Assembly (NCBI GenBank): GCA_035063585.1
Contig: JAPSGB010000023.1
Span: forward strand, 16,805-80,804
Length of the DNA stretch: 64,000 nucleotides
Direction of reading: 5' to 3'
Source: Polyangiaceae bacterium
GTDB lineage: Bacteria > Myxococcota_A > Polyangia > Polyangiales > Polyangiaceae
Shown here one piece after another: positions 48,249 to 59,500 of the stretch; within the stretch, counting starts at the first letter, position 1; every line of letters starts with the position of its first letter. A program made the position numbers and the translations under genes. The notes below the pieces were generated by a model. That model saw nothing but the letters and a program-made list of their open reading frames with translations, was not told the origin of the DNA and did not search any database.

Positions 48249-48425
48249 TCAGTGGCCGGGGTGGGTTGACGAGGCGTCGCTCGCGGCGGGCTTACCGAGC
48301 GAGAGCGTGCCGAAAAAGATGCCGAGCGTGATGCCGAGGACGGCGAGCTGCGCGCCGAGGGTGCCGCTCGCGACCAGGAGCGCGACGGGGATTAGGAAGG
48401 CCAGATACCAGACGTTTGGCTTCAT
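48249..48425 (-). CDS. Small two-TM membrane protein (58 aa; below ORF-track cutoff)
   Basis: GGAGAAG RBS + ATG; MKPNVWYLAFLIPVALLVASGTLGAQLAVLGITLGIFFGTLSLGKPAASDASSTHPGH. Confidence 0.6.
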   Translation of the reverse strand: MKPNVWYLAFLIPVALLVASGTLGAQLAVLGITLGIFFGTLSLGKPAASDASSTHPGH

Positions 48426-48729
48426 CGGCTTCTCCAGGCGGCGGAATCTCGGGATCAGGAGCCGAAGCTCGGGCTCCGGTTCGATCGTGCGCCGCTCGTG
48501 AGTGAGCTGCGCCTACACAGTATTCTAATGTATTACGATGTAGGCAAGAGTGCCACACCGCGAAGCGATGGCCAAGAGTTAGCGGGGCTCGCCGCGGCGC
48601 ACAAGCCCAGATCCGCTCGGGCAGTTATTTATGTGGGTGCGTGTCGCGGGCGCCCGCACCGGTCGCGTCCGGCTCCGGGGGCGTCTGTCAAGCTCGCGGT
48701 TTCGCAGCAACTTTGTTAGCCTAGCGCGC

Positions 48730-49257
48730 GTGAGGCGGTCGCGGCGTCGGGCGGTCTTCCTGCTGTGGGCTGGGGTCGGGGCGGTGCTCTCGGCTGCGTG
48801 CGGCGACAACGGCGTGCTCCCGACCACGGTCGATCCCGGGCAGGACTTCGAGTTCCCGGACGTCGTCTATGACGCCGACTACTTCTACTGCAAGGTCGAG
48901 CCGGCGCTCTTCGGGCTGAAGTGCGGCGGGGGAGATCCCGCGGCCGGCGACGCGACCGGAGGCTGCCACAGCAGCGTGACGAGCTACCGCCTCATCGAGT
49001 ACTCGCCGCTCGTGGGCGACTCCTGCGCGAACGATCACCCGACCATCTCCCCCCCCGCCGCCGCCGAGAAGAACTATCAGTCATCGCAGGCCAAGATGTC
49101 GCGCACCGCAGAGAGCGCGCCGTTGCTCGTCCAGCCGAGCGGCAGGGCGGCCCACCCTCGCGTGGTCGTGAACCCGAAGTCGGGCAACGCGCAGACGGCG
49201 CAGCTCTCGAAGGATTTCATCGCCGCGGTCACCGAGTGGGCGAACACGAGCCGATGA
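48730..49257 (+). CDS. Lipoprotein, putative c-type cytochrome-like with extended CX13CH motif
   Basis: VLSAAC lipobox; FYCKVEPAL..KCGGGDPAAGDATGGCH...ESAPLL..AAHP...AVTEWA. Confidence 0.6.
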   Translation: MRRSRRRAVFLLWAGVGAVLSAACGDNGVLPTTVDPGQDFEFPDVVYDADYFYCKVEPALFGLKCGGGDPAAGDATGGCHSSVTSYRLIEYSPLVGDSCANDHPTISPPAAAEKNYQSSQAKMSRTAESAPLLVQPSGRAAHPRVVVNPKSGNAQTAQLSKDFIAAVTEWANTSR

Positions 49258-50006
49258 GAACCGCGGCTCTCATCGTGGCGCTGCTCCTCTCGTCCGCCGC
49301 ACGCCCGGCGCTCGGCGACGAGGACACCGACGTCTTCGCGCGCGTCGTGGTCCCCGAGACGGAGCTCCGCTCCGGGCCGAGCGTTTCGGGGCGGGTCATC
49401 TACCGGGCCAAGCGCGGCGAGGCGTTTCTCGTGGATGGGCGTGAGGGGTCCGGATTCTGGCTCCGCGTGACGCTCCCCGACGGGCGGACCGCCTACGTGC
49501 TCGGCGACACCGTCGAGGCGCTCGAGGCGGGGCCCGACTCGGCCGAGAGCGCGGTCAAGCCCGGGGTGTTCGCGCCGCCGGCGCTCGAGGAGGCGCACGC
49601 GGGCTTCACGCTGTCCGGCGGGGTCTTCGATCGCGACGGCTACCTCGAATTCGACCCGGCGTTCGTGCTGGCTCCGGCCATCAGCCTCGAGCCCTACGTC
49701 GGCCTGGCGCTCCAGCCCGACGGACGCAGGCTCGTCTACGGCGCGGGCGGCACGCTCAACTTGATCCACGACTGGGCCGTGTCCCCCTTCGTGCACCTCG
49801 GCGCGGGCGGTGTGCATGACATGCCGAGCGCCGAGTTCTTCCCGACCTCACGGGACTTCTTCCACGTCCGCGCCGGCGGCGGCCTGCTCGTGTCGCTCCG
49901 GTGGCGCATCCTCGTCCGGCTGCAGGCGATGAACACCGTGATCTTCACCGAGGACTCGTTCCGCAACGCCCAGAGCTTCACGGGCGGCATCGGGACCTAC
50001 TTCTAG
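49254..50006 (+). CDS. SH3b-domain + outer-membrane beta-barrel protein
   Basis: Signal peptide; ELRSGPS...FWLRV..DGRTAYV (SH3b); amphipathic strands ending GIGTYF. Confidence 0.75.
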   Translation: MRTAALIVALLLSSAARPALGDEDTDVFARVVVPETELRSGPSVSGRVIYRAKRGEAFLVDGREGSGFWLRVTLPDGRTAYVLGDTVEALEAGPDSAESAVKPGVFAPPALEEAHAGFTLSGGVFDRDGYLEFDPAFVLAPAISLEPYVGLALQPDGRRLVYGAGGTLNLIHDWAVSPFVHLGAGGVHDMPSAEFFPTSRDFFHVRAGGGLLVSLRWRILVRLQAMNTVIFTEDSFRNAQSFTGGIGTYF

Positions 50007-50017
50007 GAGGCGCGATC

Positions 50018-50242
50018 ATGAGCCGAACCCCCTTCGTCGTCTCGCTGGTCATCGTGGCGCTCGCGTCGCTCACGACCGGCTGCGTCACCGTGCGCCCCGA
50101 GCAGCGCGCGGTCCTCGCGGATCCCGTCATGCAGTTCTCGAGCGACGACAGTCACGACGACGTCCTCGCCCACGTGCTCGAGAACCGCGAGGGCTCGTTC
50201 GGCGGCGGCTCGGTCAAGGGCGGGGGCTGCGGCTGCAACTGA
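50018..50242 (+). CDS. DUF4266-family lipoprotein
   Basis: AGGAGG RBS; LTTGC lipobox; V.PEQRAVLADPVM...REGSFGG..GGGCGCN C-terminus. Confidence 0.88.
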   Translation: MSRTPFVVSLVIVALASLTTGCVTVRPEQRAVLADPVMQFSSDDSHDDVLAHVLENREGSFGGGSVKGGGCGCN

Positions 50243-51504
50243 TGAGCGCCCGGACCTGCCTCCAGTCGCCCCGCGCGCGCGCCGGGCTCGCGGCGGTCGC
50301 GTTCGCGCTGCTCGCGCCGGCCCGGCCCGCCCGCGCGCAGACCGCCACCGCGAAGCTCGGCAGCACGGTGTTCTACGAGCCTTCGCGGACCAGCAAGATG
50401 ACCGTGCTCTCGCCCTCCGCGGACGTGTCCGTGTCGCCGTGGACGTTCCTCTCCGTCGACGCGGGCTACTCGGCGGACATCGTCACTGGCGCGAGCGAGG
50501 CCGTGAAGGCCGGTCCCATCACCTCGGTGGATGTCGTCTCCTCGGCGACCCACCTCTCCGACTTCCGCCACATCGTCCACGGTGGGTTCACCATCACGCG
50601 CGAGAGCACGCACCTCGGCGCGTCATATTCGTACGGGACCGAGCACGACTACCGCTCGAACGCGATTACGGTCACGGCGGGCACCGATTTCCTGCAGAAG
50701 AACACCCAGATCGAGCTCTCCTACGGGCACGGCTTCGACTCGGTGTGCAACTCCGCCTACTCGCCCACGCTGGCCGCCGTCTATCGCCCGCGCCTCGACA
50801 GCTCCGCCGGGTGTTTCAACGGCGCCGAGAACCGCCAGACCATGCCGCTCGCGCTCGACAACTCGCAGGTCGCGTGGTCGCAGAGCTGGACGCCGGTGCT
50901 CGCCACGCAGCTCTCGCTCACCGGCGCCGTCCAGCACGGCTTCCTCGGGAACCCTTACCGCGCGGTGGTCATCGGCGCGGGCGGGCAGGAAGCGCAGGAG
51001 CACCACCCGGACAACCGCGCCCGCGGCGCCGTCTCGCTCGCGCTCAAGTACTATGTGCGCCCCCTCGAGACGGCGTTCACGCTGAGCGCCCGCGGCTATC
51101 GCGACACTTGGGACGTGGTGGGGCAGACCTACGAGCTCGACGCCGAGCACTACGTCCTCCCGTGGATGCGCGTCCTGGTCCGCGGCCGCTACTACACGCA
51201 GACCGGTGCGCTCTTCTGGAGCGACGACTACACCGGAGGTGAGCCCAAGTACGGCCCGCGCGGGCAATACTGGACGGGCGATCGCGAGCTCTCGCCGCTC
51301 TGGAACTTCCTGGTCGGCGGGAGGCTCCTCATGAGCTGGGAGGGGCGCACGGACGCCCGCCTCGCGGGGGCGCTGCTCGGCTTCGACGCGAGCGTGAGCG
51401 CCGACCTCATGAAGACGTATCTCGACGAGTTCACCTGGGGCGGCAAGCACGCCGACGACACCCTCGCGCTCATCGCCGGCGTCAGCCTCGGCGGCGTGTT
51501 CTAG
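50242..51504 (+). CDS. DUF3570-family outer-membrane protein
   Basis: DIVTGAS, DVVSSAT, EHDYRS, GFLGNPYR, EHHPDNR, YRDTW, RYYTQ, DRELSP; follows DUF4266. Confidence 0.85.
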   Translation: MSARTCLQSPRARAGLAAVAFALLAPARPARAQTATAKLGSTVFYEPSRTSKMTVLSPSADVSVSPWTFLSVDAGYSADIVTGASEAVKAGPITSVDVVSSATHLSDFRHIVHGGFTITRESTHLGASYSYGTEHDYRSNAITVTAGTDFLQKNTQIELSYGHGFDSVCNSAYSPTLAAVYRPRLDSSAGCFNGAENRQTMPLALDNSQVAWSQSWTPVLATQLSLTGAVQHGFLGNPYRAVVIGAGGQEAQEHHPDNRARGAVSLALKYYVRPLETAFTLSARGYRDTWDVVGQTYELDAEHYVLPWMRVLVRGRYYTQTGALFWSDDYTGGEPKYGPRGQYWTGDRELSPLWNFLVGGRLLMSWEGRTDARLAGALLGFDASVSADLMKTYLDEFTWGGKHADDTLALIAGVSLGGVF

Positions 51505-51675
51505 CGCGCCGCCGCGCTCACGAGCCGGGAGTGGGGGGAGAGGGGGAGGTCGGCTCGGCGCGGAACCGCGCGGGCAGCGCGGCGAGCGAGCGTAACGCAT
51601 ACCTCGAGCGTGCTAGGAACGCTCCGGAGTGGGTCGCGCGGTTCCGCGCCGGACCGCCAAGACCGAGCGGCGGGC

Positions 51676-53040
51676 TCAGTCGCCGTTCGAGCTGCCGCGG
51701 AGCCCGTGCTTGCGGGCGAGATCGTAGAGGTGCTTGCGGTCCATCTTCGCCTCGCGCGCGGCGGCGCTCACGTTGCCGCCGTGTCGATCGAGCAGCCACC
51801 CGACGTAGCGCCGCTCGAAGTCCGCTTCGAACTCCGCGCGCGTCTCGCGGTAGCTCGCGCCGGGCTGGAACCCGAGCCTCGCGTCGGGGCTCGCGCTCGG
51901 CGACACCGGCAGATCGATGAGGCGCGCCTCGCCGTCGCCGCTCGCGGCGGCGAGGTAGATGGCGCGGTCGAGGACGTTGCGGAGCTCGCGCACGTTGCCC
52001 GGCCAGTCGTGCGCGGCGAGCGCGGCGAGCGTATCGCGTCCGAGCGTGAGGCCGCGCGCGGACGGATCACGCGCGCGGGCGGCGGCGAGGAAATGCCCGA
52101 TGAGCGCCGGGATGTCCTCGCGCCGCGCGCGGAGCGGCGGCACCGTGACTGGGACCACGGCCAGCCGGAAGTAGAGATCCTCGCGGAACTTCCCGCGCTC
52201 GACCTCCTCGCGGAGGTTCCGCTTGGTAGCGGCGACGATGCGCGCGCCGGCCTCGAGCGTGCGGTTGCCGCCGACCCGCCGGTACTGCCCCGACTCGAGC
52301 ACGCGCAGGAGCTTCGGCTGTACATCGAGGGGGAGCTCGCCGACCTCGTCGAGGAACACGGTCCCGCGCCCGGCGAGCTCGAACGCGCCCAGGCGCTGGG
52401 CGATCGCGCCGGTGAACGCGCCGCGCTCGTGCCCGAAGAGCTCGCTCTCGATGAGGTTATAGCTGACGGCGCCGCAGTCCACGACCACGAACGGCTGCGC
52501 GCGCCGCGGGCTCTCCTGATGGATGGAGCGGGCGATGACGTCCTTGCCGGTGCCCGTCTCGCCCTCGAGCAGCACCACCGCGTCGGTCGGCGCGATGCGC
52601 TCGAGCACCCCGAAGATGCTCCGCATGGCGAGGCTCGTACCGAGCGTCTCGCCGAAGCGGGTGGCCTCGGAGGGGAGGAGCCCGGCGCGGTCGAGCTCGC
52701 TCCGGAGCAGCACCTCGACGTCGCCGATGACGAGCCGGGCGCCGGGCTCGAGGGTCGCCTCGCGGATGGCCGTGTCGCCCACTCGCGTCTGGTTGGTCGA
52801 GTCGAGATCGCGGACGCGGATTCCGCCGGCGTGGCGCTCGAGCTCGCAGTGATGTCGTGAGACGGTGTCGTCCGGAAGCACGAGGTCGTTGTCGGGCGCT
52901 TTTCCGATCCGCACACGGTCGCGCATCTCGAGGCGCTGGCCGCGCGCCTGGCCGCTCACGACGACGAGCACGAGCGCCTCGGGGGCTGCGGCCTCTGCGC
53001 GCGCGGCGCGCGTCACGGCCTCAGGGACTCGCGGGTCCAT
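51676..53040 (-). CDS. FHA-domain sigma54-dependent enhancer-binding protein
   Basis: IGK...VSRHH...DLDSTN (FHA); [37 protein letters not shown]; Fis-type HTH. Confidence 0.95.
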   Translation of the reverse strand: MDPRVPEAVTRAARAEAAAPEALVLVVVSGQARGQRLEMRDRVRIGKAPDNDLVLPDDTVSRHHCELERHAGGIRVRDLDSTNQTRVGDTAIREATLEPGARLVIGDVEVLLRSELDRAGLLPSEATRFGETLGTSLAMRSIFGVLERIAPTDAVVLLEGETGTGKDVIARSIHQESPRRAQPFVVVDCGAVSYNLIESELFGHERGAFTGAIAQRLGAFELAGRGTVFLDEVGELPLDVQPKLLRVLESGQYRRVGGNRTLEAGARIVAATKRNLREEVERGKFREDLYFRLAVVPVTVPPLRARREDIPALIGHFLAAARARDPSARGLTLGRDTLAALAAHDWPGNVRELRNVLDRAIYLAAASGDGEARLIDLPVSPSASPDARLGFQPGASYRETRAEFEADFERRYVGWLLDRHGGNVSAAAREAKMDRKHLYDLARKHGLRGSSNGD

Positions 53041-53079
53041 CACCGGTCGAGCTCCAGGGACGTGAAGCGGCGAGCTCCT

Positions 53080-53522
53080 TCATCGCGCGACACCATCGTC
53101 GAGCAGCACGGTGGCGGGCTCGCCGGCGAGGCGGACGCGCCGCTCGAAGTGGGTGCGGGAGGCAGAGGTCGCGGGCGCGTCGGCATCGCGCGGCAGCGTA
53201 CCTTGGGGCGGCCGGCTTGTCTCGGCGCGCTCGACATCGATGGTGAGGAGGTACTCGCCGTTCGGCGCGGAGAGCGGGTGCCGCACCAGGCGGGGGGCGG
53301 GGGAGGCGAAACGCAGCGTGACGCCGCCGATGGGCTCGTGGTCGCCCGCGCGCGTCCAGGTGGCGTCGATGCGCCGAACGTCGGCGTGCGCGTCGTCGAG
53401 CTTCAAGAGCAGCGCCTGGTCCCGCGGCACCGCCGGGAGCGCTACGGCGAGCACCGCGGCGATGCCGCCGAGCAAGACGAACCGCGCGCTGCGCCGGCCG
53501 CGCTGGGGCCGGACCGGCGCGG

Positions 53523-53526
<4 letters not shown>
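53080..53526 (-). CDS. Hypothetical exported/membrane protein
   Basis: MTAPVRPQRGRRSARFVLLGGIAAVLAVAL; start overlaps cytochrome stop (ATGA). Confidence 0.55.
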
Positions 53527-54086
<560 letters not shown>

Positions 54087-54208
54087 GGTGCCCCTCCATA
54101 GCGCAGAGTGCCGCTCACCACCAAAGCGCACGCGGCCAGAAACGCCGCGAGCCGGCGCGACCCCGCAGGATCGGCCGGCTCCAGGCGTCCGCTCGAGAGC
54201 GGCTCCGA

Positions 54209-54844
54209 CTACTCGCCGAAGACCGTGCCGCCGCCCTTCGGGTCCATCCCGAGGTACTTCTTGCCGCTCAGCATCGCGATGTGGAACTCGGTGCGGCGGT
54301 TCTGGGCACGCCCATCCTCCGTCGAGTTGTTCGCGATGGGCTTGGAGTCGCCGAAGCCGACCGCGAGCAGCCGCTCCTTCGCGATACCGTGCTCGACGAG
54401 CCAGTTCTTGATGGTGAGCGCCCGGTCGCCCGAGAGCTTCAGGTTATCCGCCTGCTTGCCCACGTTGTCCGTGTGCCCTTCGATCCGAAGCTGGGTAATG
54501 TTCGGGTTCTCGTCGAGGAACTGCTTCAGCTGCCCGAGCACGACGTCGCTCCCCGAGCCCTCCTTGAGGGTCGCTTTGCCGGTGTCGAACACGATGTTGC
54601 CCGGCAGCTTGATGCTGTCGCCGCTGCGGATGACCCCGCTCGTCTTCGGGGGCTCGGTGGTCGGGGGCGGCGTGGTCGGAGCCGGCGCCGTCGTGGTCGG
54701 AGCCGGCGTCGGCGCGGGCGCCGGGGGCGGGCTCTCCGCCTGGCCGCCCAGCTTGCCCTCGCCGTGGAAGGTGCAGCCCGCGACCGCGGGGAGCGCCAGG
54801 GACAGACCGAGAAGACTCACATAAAAAGCAGACTTTCGAACCAT
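54209..54844 (-). CDS. OmpA-family peptidoglycan-binding lipoprotein
   Basis: AVAGC lipobox; IVFDTGKA, IEGHTD, NLKLSGDRA, GFGDSKP, GRAQNRRTEF. Confidence 0.93.
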   Translation of the reverse strand: MVRKSAFYVSLLGLSLALPAVAGCTFHGEGKLGGQAESPPPAPAPTPAPTTTAPAPTTPPPTTEPPKTSGVIRSGDSIKLPGNIVFDTGKATLKEGSGSDVVLGQLKQFLDENPNITQLRIEGHTDNVGKQADNLKLSGDRALTIKNWLVEHGIAKERLLAVGFGDSKPIANNSTEDGRAQNRRTEFHIAMLSGKKYLGMDPKGGGTVFGE

Positions 54845-55089
54845 TTTCCGCATCCTCCTACTTGGCAAACCAGGGCGGGCGTGAAGTGTGCGTAACCCGA
54901 AGACCGGTGAGGCCTAGCTCAAGCGCCAGGCTCCGCGCAAGCCCGGCCTGCCCGATCCGGTCGCTCGCGGCACCCAAACATAGACGAACGCCCTCGCAAA
55001 CATCTTCACCCGAATGCACGGGATCTCGAGTCGCAAGGGCGTTGTCTCGTCTGGGGGCTACGGGCCGCTGCCTACAGCCCCCATTTTTC

Positions 55090-56241
55090 TCAGTTGGCGC
55101 TCGCGCAGGGGTCTTCCTTCGGCTCGGCCGGCGGCGCGATCGGGCCCAGCTTGACCGCCGCGGCGTCGAAGCCGAGGCCGATGCTGATGCCGTTGCAGGT
55201 CTTCTCGGCATCCCCGTTCGACCCGTCGTTCATGATGTCGCTGCCCTGCCGGATGTTCTGAGCGATGCTCTCGAACGTCGAGCCGGAGCAGAGGGACTCG
55301 TCGAACGAGCCGGCCACCTTGCCGAGCTCGGTGATGAGCTGCTCGGTGTCGAGGACACCCGCGATGGTGCCGTTCGTCGCCGCGGCGCTCGCGCCCGTGC
55401 CGGTGACGTCCATGCTGATGACCGCGCTCTTGATGTCGAGCGTCAGGCTGAAGCCCGACACGGACAGCGACAGCGAGACGGTGCCCTTCGTGCCCGAGAG
55501 CCAGGTGCCACCCGCGACGAAGCTGGTGGGGAACTTGACCTTCGAGGTGGTGATGTCGGACGGGTCGCTCAGGAGCTCCGGGAAGACCGGCCACTCGTCG
55601 GTGCCGTCGAACTTCGCCGGCGTGCCCAGCTTGGCTCCACCGTAGAGCGCCGCCGTGATCCCGTTCTGGTTCGGCTTGGACGCCGGATCCTCGAGGTTGT
55701 CGAGGTTGAGGATGATGGTGAAGTCGCCGGCCGCGATCGAGTCATTCACGCTCGCCGCGGCGTCCGGGGCGAGCGAAGTGATGATCGTCAAGAGGTTGGC
55801 GCCGAACGAGTTGTCGATGCCGCCTTCGCCGTCCGGCTTCACGTTGCTCGGGTTCGCGCCGGTAACCAACTTGCAGTGGTTCTTGTCGGTCTTCGCCGAG
55901 ATGAGGCCGTCGATGTTGTAGCCGAACTTCTTCCACGCGGTCGGGCTCGCGTTGCCGTCGCGGTCGGTGTCGCCGAGGAAGAGCTTGCTGATCGCGAGCG
56001 TGGTCGGCTCGGTGCCGGCGGCGGTCGGCGCGCTGGTGTCGGGCGCCTTCGGCACGATGCAGGCGCTAGGGTCCGATTCGCACGTCTTGCCCTCGGTCGT
56101 CGGCCCGGAGCCACCGGTGCCGCTCGAGCCGCCTGAGCCGCTCGGGGTGCCGCTGTCGTCGCTGCTGCTGCTGCAGCCGATCGTCGCCGCTACGCCAAAG
56201 CCAAGACCAATCGCCAAGATCCCAAGATTCCTACGAAGCAT
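55090..56241 (-). CDS. Myxobacterial Cys-containing lipoprotein of unknown function
   Basis: GGGAGG RBS; AATIGC lipobox; Gly/Ser linker; GYNIDG, DGEGGIDNSFG, CNGISIGLGF motifs. Confidence 0.8.
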   Translation of the reverse strand: MLRRNLGILAIGLGFGVAATIGCSSSSDDSGTPSGSGGSSGTGGSGPTTEGKTCESDPSACIVPKAPDTSAPTAAGTEPTTLAISKLFLGDTDRDGNASPTAWKKFGYNIDGLISAKTDKNHCKLVTGANPSNVKPDGEGGIDNSFGANLLTIITSLAPDAAASVNDSIAAGDFTIILNLDNLEDPASKPNQNGITAALYGGAKLGTPAKFDGTDEWPVFPELLSDPSDITTSKVKFPTSFVAGGTWLSGTKGTVSLSLSVSGFSLTLDIKSAVISMDVTGTGASAAATNGTIAGVLDTEQLITELGKVAGSFDESLCSGSTFESIAQNIRQGSDIMNDGSNGDAEKTCNGISIGLGFDAAAVKLGPIAPPAEPKEDPCASAN

Positions 56242-56506
56242 GCGTGCCTCCCTGGCAGGGTACGATCCCCGATGAGGCGCGCTGGCGCTCCGGGGGAACT
56301 GGATGGAACCAGCCCGTCGCCGATGACCATTCCGCGGCTCGGGGCACGCGTATCCTAGCTGATACGCCGGTCGTGGCAAGCGAGATCCGACCGGCCGAGC
56401 GGTTCTTTCACGCCTCGGCGCGCGCGCCGGCGAGGCGGGCCGCCTCGCCGGCGAAATCTGATAACACGTTAGCGCGCCCGTCTCGTCTTCGTCCCGCCGT
56501 CCTGCG

Positions 56507-59500
56507 ATGCCCGCCGAGTTCGTCCATCTCCACACGCACACGCAGTTCTCCTTCCTGACGAGCACGGTCAAGGTCGCCGAGCTCGCGCCGCGGGTGAAGG
56601 AGCTCGGGATGCGCGCCGTCGCCATCACCGACCACACCAACATGTTCGGTGCGATCCGCCACTACAAGGCGTGCAAGGCGGTGGGCATCCAGCCCATCAT
56701 CGGCTGCGAGCTCAACATCGCGCGCGCGCCGGGGCGCGCCGAGACCGAACACCTCGTCCTCCTGGCCGCGACCAGCGAGGGCTACAAGAACCTCATCCGG
56801 ATCGTGAGCCAGGCCTACACCGAGCCGGCCGGCGAGGGCGCGCCGAGCGTGCTGCTCGAGCGCCTCGACGAGGGGAGCCGGGGGCTCGTCGCGCTCACCG
56901 GTTGCCTCGGCGGCGTGGTCGCGCAGCGCATCCTCGAGTCGGGCCCGGAGGCGGGCGAGCGGCGGCTCGCGGAGCTTCGCGATCGCTTCGAGCCGGGGCA
57001 CCTGTTCGTGGAGCTGCAGGACCACGGGCTCCCCGAGCAGCCGGTCGTCAACGATCTGCTCGTGCGGGCCGCCGGGCGCCTCGAGCTCCCAGTGGTCGCC
57101 AGCAACGACGTGCACTTCATGCGGAGCGAGGACGGCGAGGCCCAGCTCTACCTCGACTGCATCCGGCTCGGTCGGTCGCACGCCGAGGCCCGGGAGGCGC
57201 ACCACGGCAGCTTCGAGATGTACGTGAAGAGCGCCGAGGAGATGGCGCGCGTCTTCAGCGATCGTCCCGAGGCGCTCACCAACACGCTCCGCGTGGCCGA
57301 GATGTGCTCGGGCCTCGAGCTCGCGCTCGATCATCCGATGCTGCCGCATTTCCCGGTGCCGGGCGGCTACGACACGAACGGCTATTTCCGGCACGTCGCG
57401 GAGACCGGCCTCGAGCGCCGCCTCGCCGAGCTCCGCGCGCTCGGCAAGAGCTTCGACGAGTCGGCCTATCGCGCGCGGCTCGCGCGCGAGCTCGAGGTCA
57501 TCGTCGAGATGCAGTATCCCGGATACTTCCTCATCGTTTGGGATTTCATCCGCGAGGCGAAGAGCCGCGGGATCCCGGTCGGACCGGGCCGCGGCTCGGG
57601 TGCGGGCTCGATCGTGGCGTGGTCGATGGGGATCACCGAGCTCGATCCCATCCCTTATAACCTCCTCTTCGAGCGCTTCCTGAACCCCGAGCGCGTCTCG
57701 ATGCCGGATTTCGACGTCGACTTCTGCATGTCCCGCCGAGAGGAGGTCATCGGCTACGTCGCCGAGAAGTACGGTAAGGAGAGCGTGGGGCAGATCGCCA
57801 CCTATCAGAACCTCAAGGCGCGCAGCGTGCTCAAGGACGTGGCGCGCACCATGGGTATGCCCGCCCCCGAGGCGCAGCGCATCGCCAGCATGGTGCCCGA
57901 TCTCGGCCAGGGCAAGACGGCGACCATCGAGCAGGCGCTCGAGACCGAGCCGAAGCTGAAGAGCCTGTTCGAGGGCGACGAGCGCGTGCGCGAGCTCATC
58001 ACCCAGGGCGAGCGCCTCGAGGGGCTGACGCGCCACGCCGGCATGCACGCCGCGGGCGTCGTGATCAGTGACGGCCCGCTCTGGAACCACGTGCCGTGCT
58101 TCACGAGCGATGGGTCGATCGTGACCCAGTACGACAAGGACGACGTCGAGGCCGCGGGGCTCGTCAAGTTCGATTTCCTCGGACTGAAGACCCTCACCGT
58201 CATCGACATCGCCGAGCGCTTGGTGAACGCGCGCCCCGATCGCGCCGGGGCCCCGCTCTCGCTCGGCAAGGTGTCGCTCGAGGACCGCGAGACGTACGCG
58301 CTCATCGCGTCCGGGGAGACCACCGGCGTCTTTCAGCTCGAGTCGAGCGGGATGCAGCAGCTCCTCCGGGGCCTCAAGCCGGACTGCTTCGAGGACGTGA
58401 TCGCCGCGGTCGCGCTCTATCGGCCGGGGCCGCTCGGCACCGGCATGATCGATGAGTTCATCGGCGCGAAGCATGGGCGCAAGCCCGTCCGCAAGCTGCA
58501 CCCCTTGGTCGACGGCGACCTCGCGCCCACCTACGGTGTGCCCGTCTACCAAGAGCAGGTGATGCAGATCGGTCAGCACCTGGCCGGGTACTCGCTCGGC
58601 CGCGCCGACCTCTTGCGGCGCGCGATGGGCAAGAAGAAGGCCGAGGCGATGGACAAGGAGCAGTCCGGCTTCGTCGAGGGTGCGGTGAAGAACGGCGTCA
58701 GCGCCGAGCAGGCGCTCGCGATCTTCGAAGAGGTGCGCGGGTTCGCCGAGTACGGCTTCAACAAGAGCCACTCGGCCGCCTACGCGCTCGTCACTTATCA
58801 GACCGCGTACTTGAAGGCGCACTACCCCGCGGAGTTCTTTGCGGCGCTCATGACCGCCGACAAGGACAAGATCGAGAAGGTGGTGCGGATCATCGCCGAG
58901 GCGCGCGCGTGGGGCGTCTCGGTGCTCCCGCCCGATGTCAACATGAGCCAGCTCGATTTCAGCGTCGTCTACGCTCGCCCCATGGGTGATGGTCCGGCGC
59001 GGGGCCCAGGGCGACTGCGAGATCGCTGCGCGCCGCAGATCCGCTTCGGACTCGGCGCGGTGCGCGGCGTGGGCGAGAGCGCGCTCGAGACGGTGTTCGC
59101 GGCGCGCGCCGAGGGCGGCCCGTTTCGCGATCTGCTCGATTTCGCAGGGCGCGTGGACGCGCGGCGCCTAAATCGCGGTGTGCTCGAGGCGCTCGTGCAG
59201 TGCGGCGCGTTCGATTCCACGCTCGACCCGATCGGGATCAGCCGCGCGCGAGCCTACGCGGCGGTCGACCGCGCGCTCGAGCGCGCCCGGAGCGCGAGCC
59301 GAGATCGCGAGCGCGGACAGACCACGCTCTTCGGTCTCTTCGAAGCGGCGCGTGAGGTTGGACCGGCGACCGAGGCGCCGCCGCTCGAGGACTACCCGCC
59401 CGCGCTGTCGTGGGACCGGCACGAGCGCCTGCGAAGAGAGAAGGCCGCGCTCGGCTGCTATGTCTCCGGTCACCCGCTCCTGCGCTACGGCGGCAAGCTC

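Noticed and set aside
48539..48556. TGGCAC...TTGC on the minus strand as a sigma54 promoter
   Set aside because: GG-to-GC spacing is 7 nt rather than the required 10.
54209..56241. OmpA + lipoprotein as a TraAB kin-recognition pair
   Set aside because: The OmpA protein is small, with no beta-barrel or TSP3 repeats, and the upstream lipoprotein lacks MYXO-CTERM and Cys-rich repeats.
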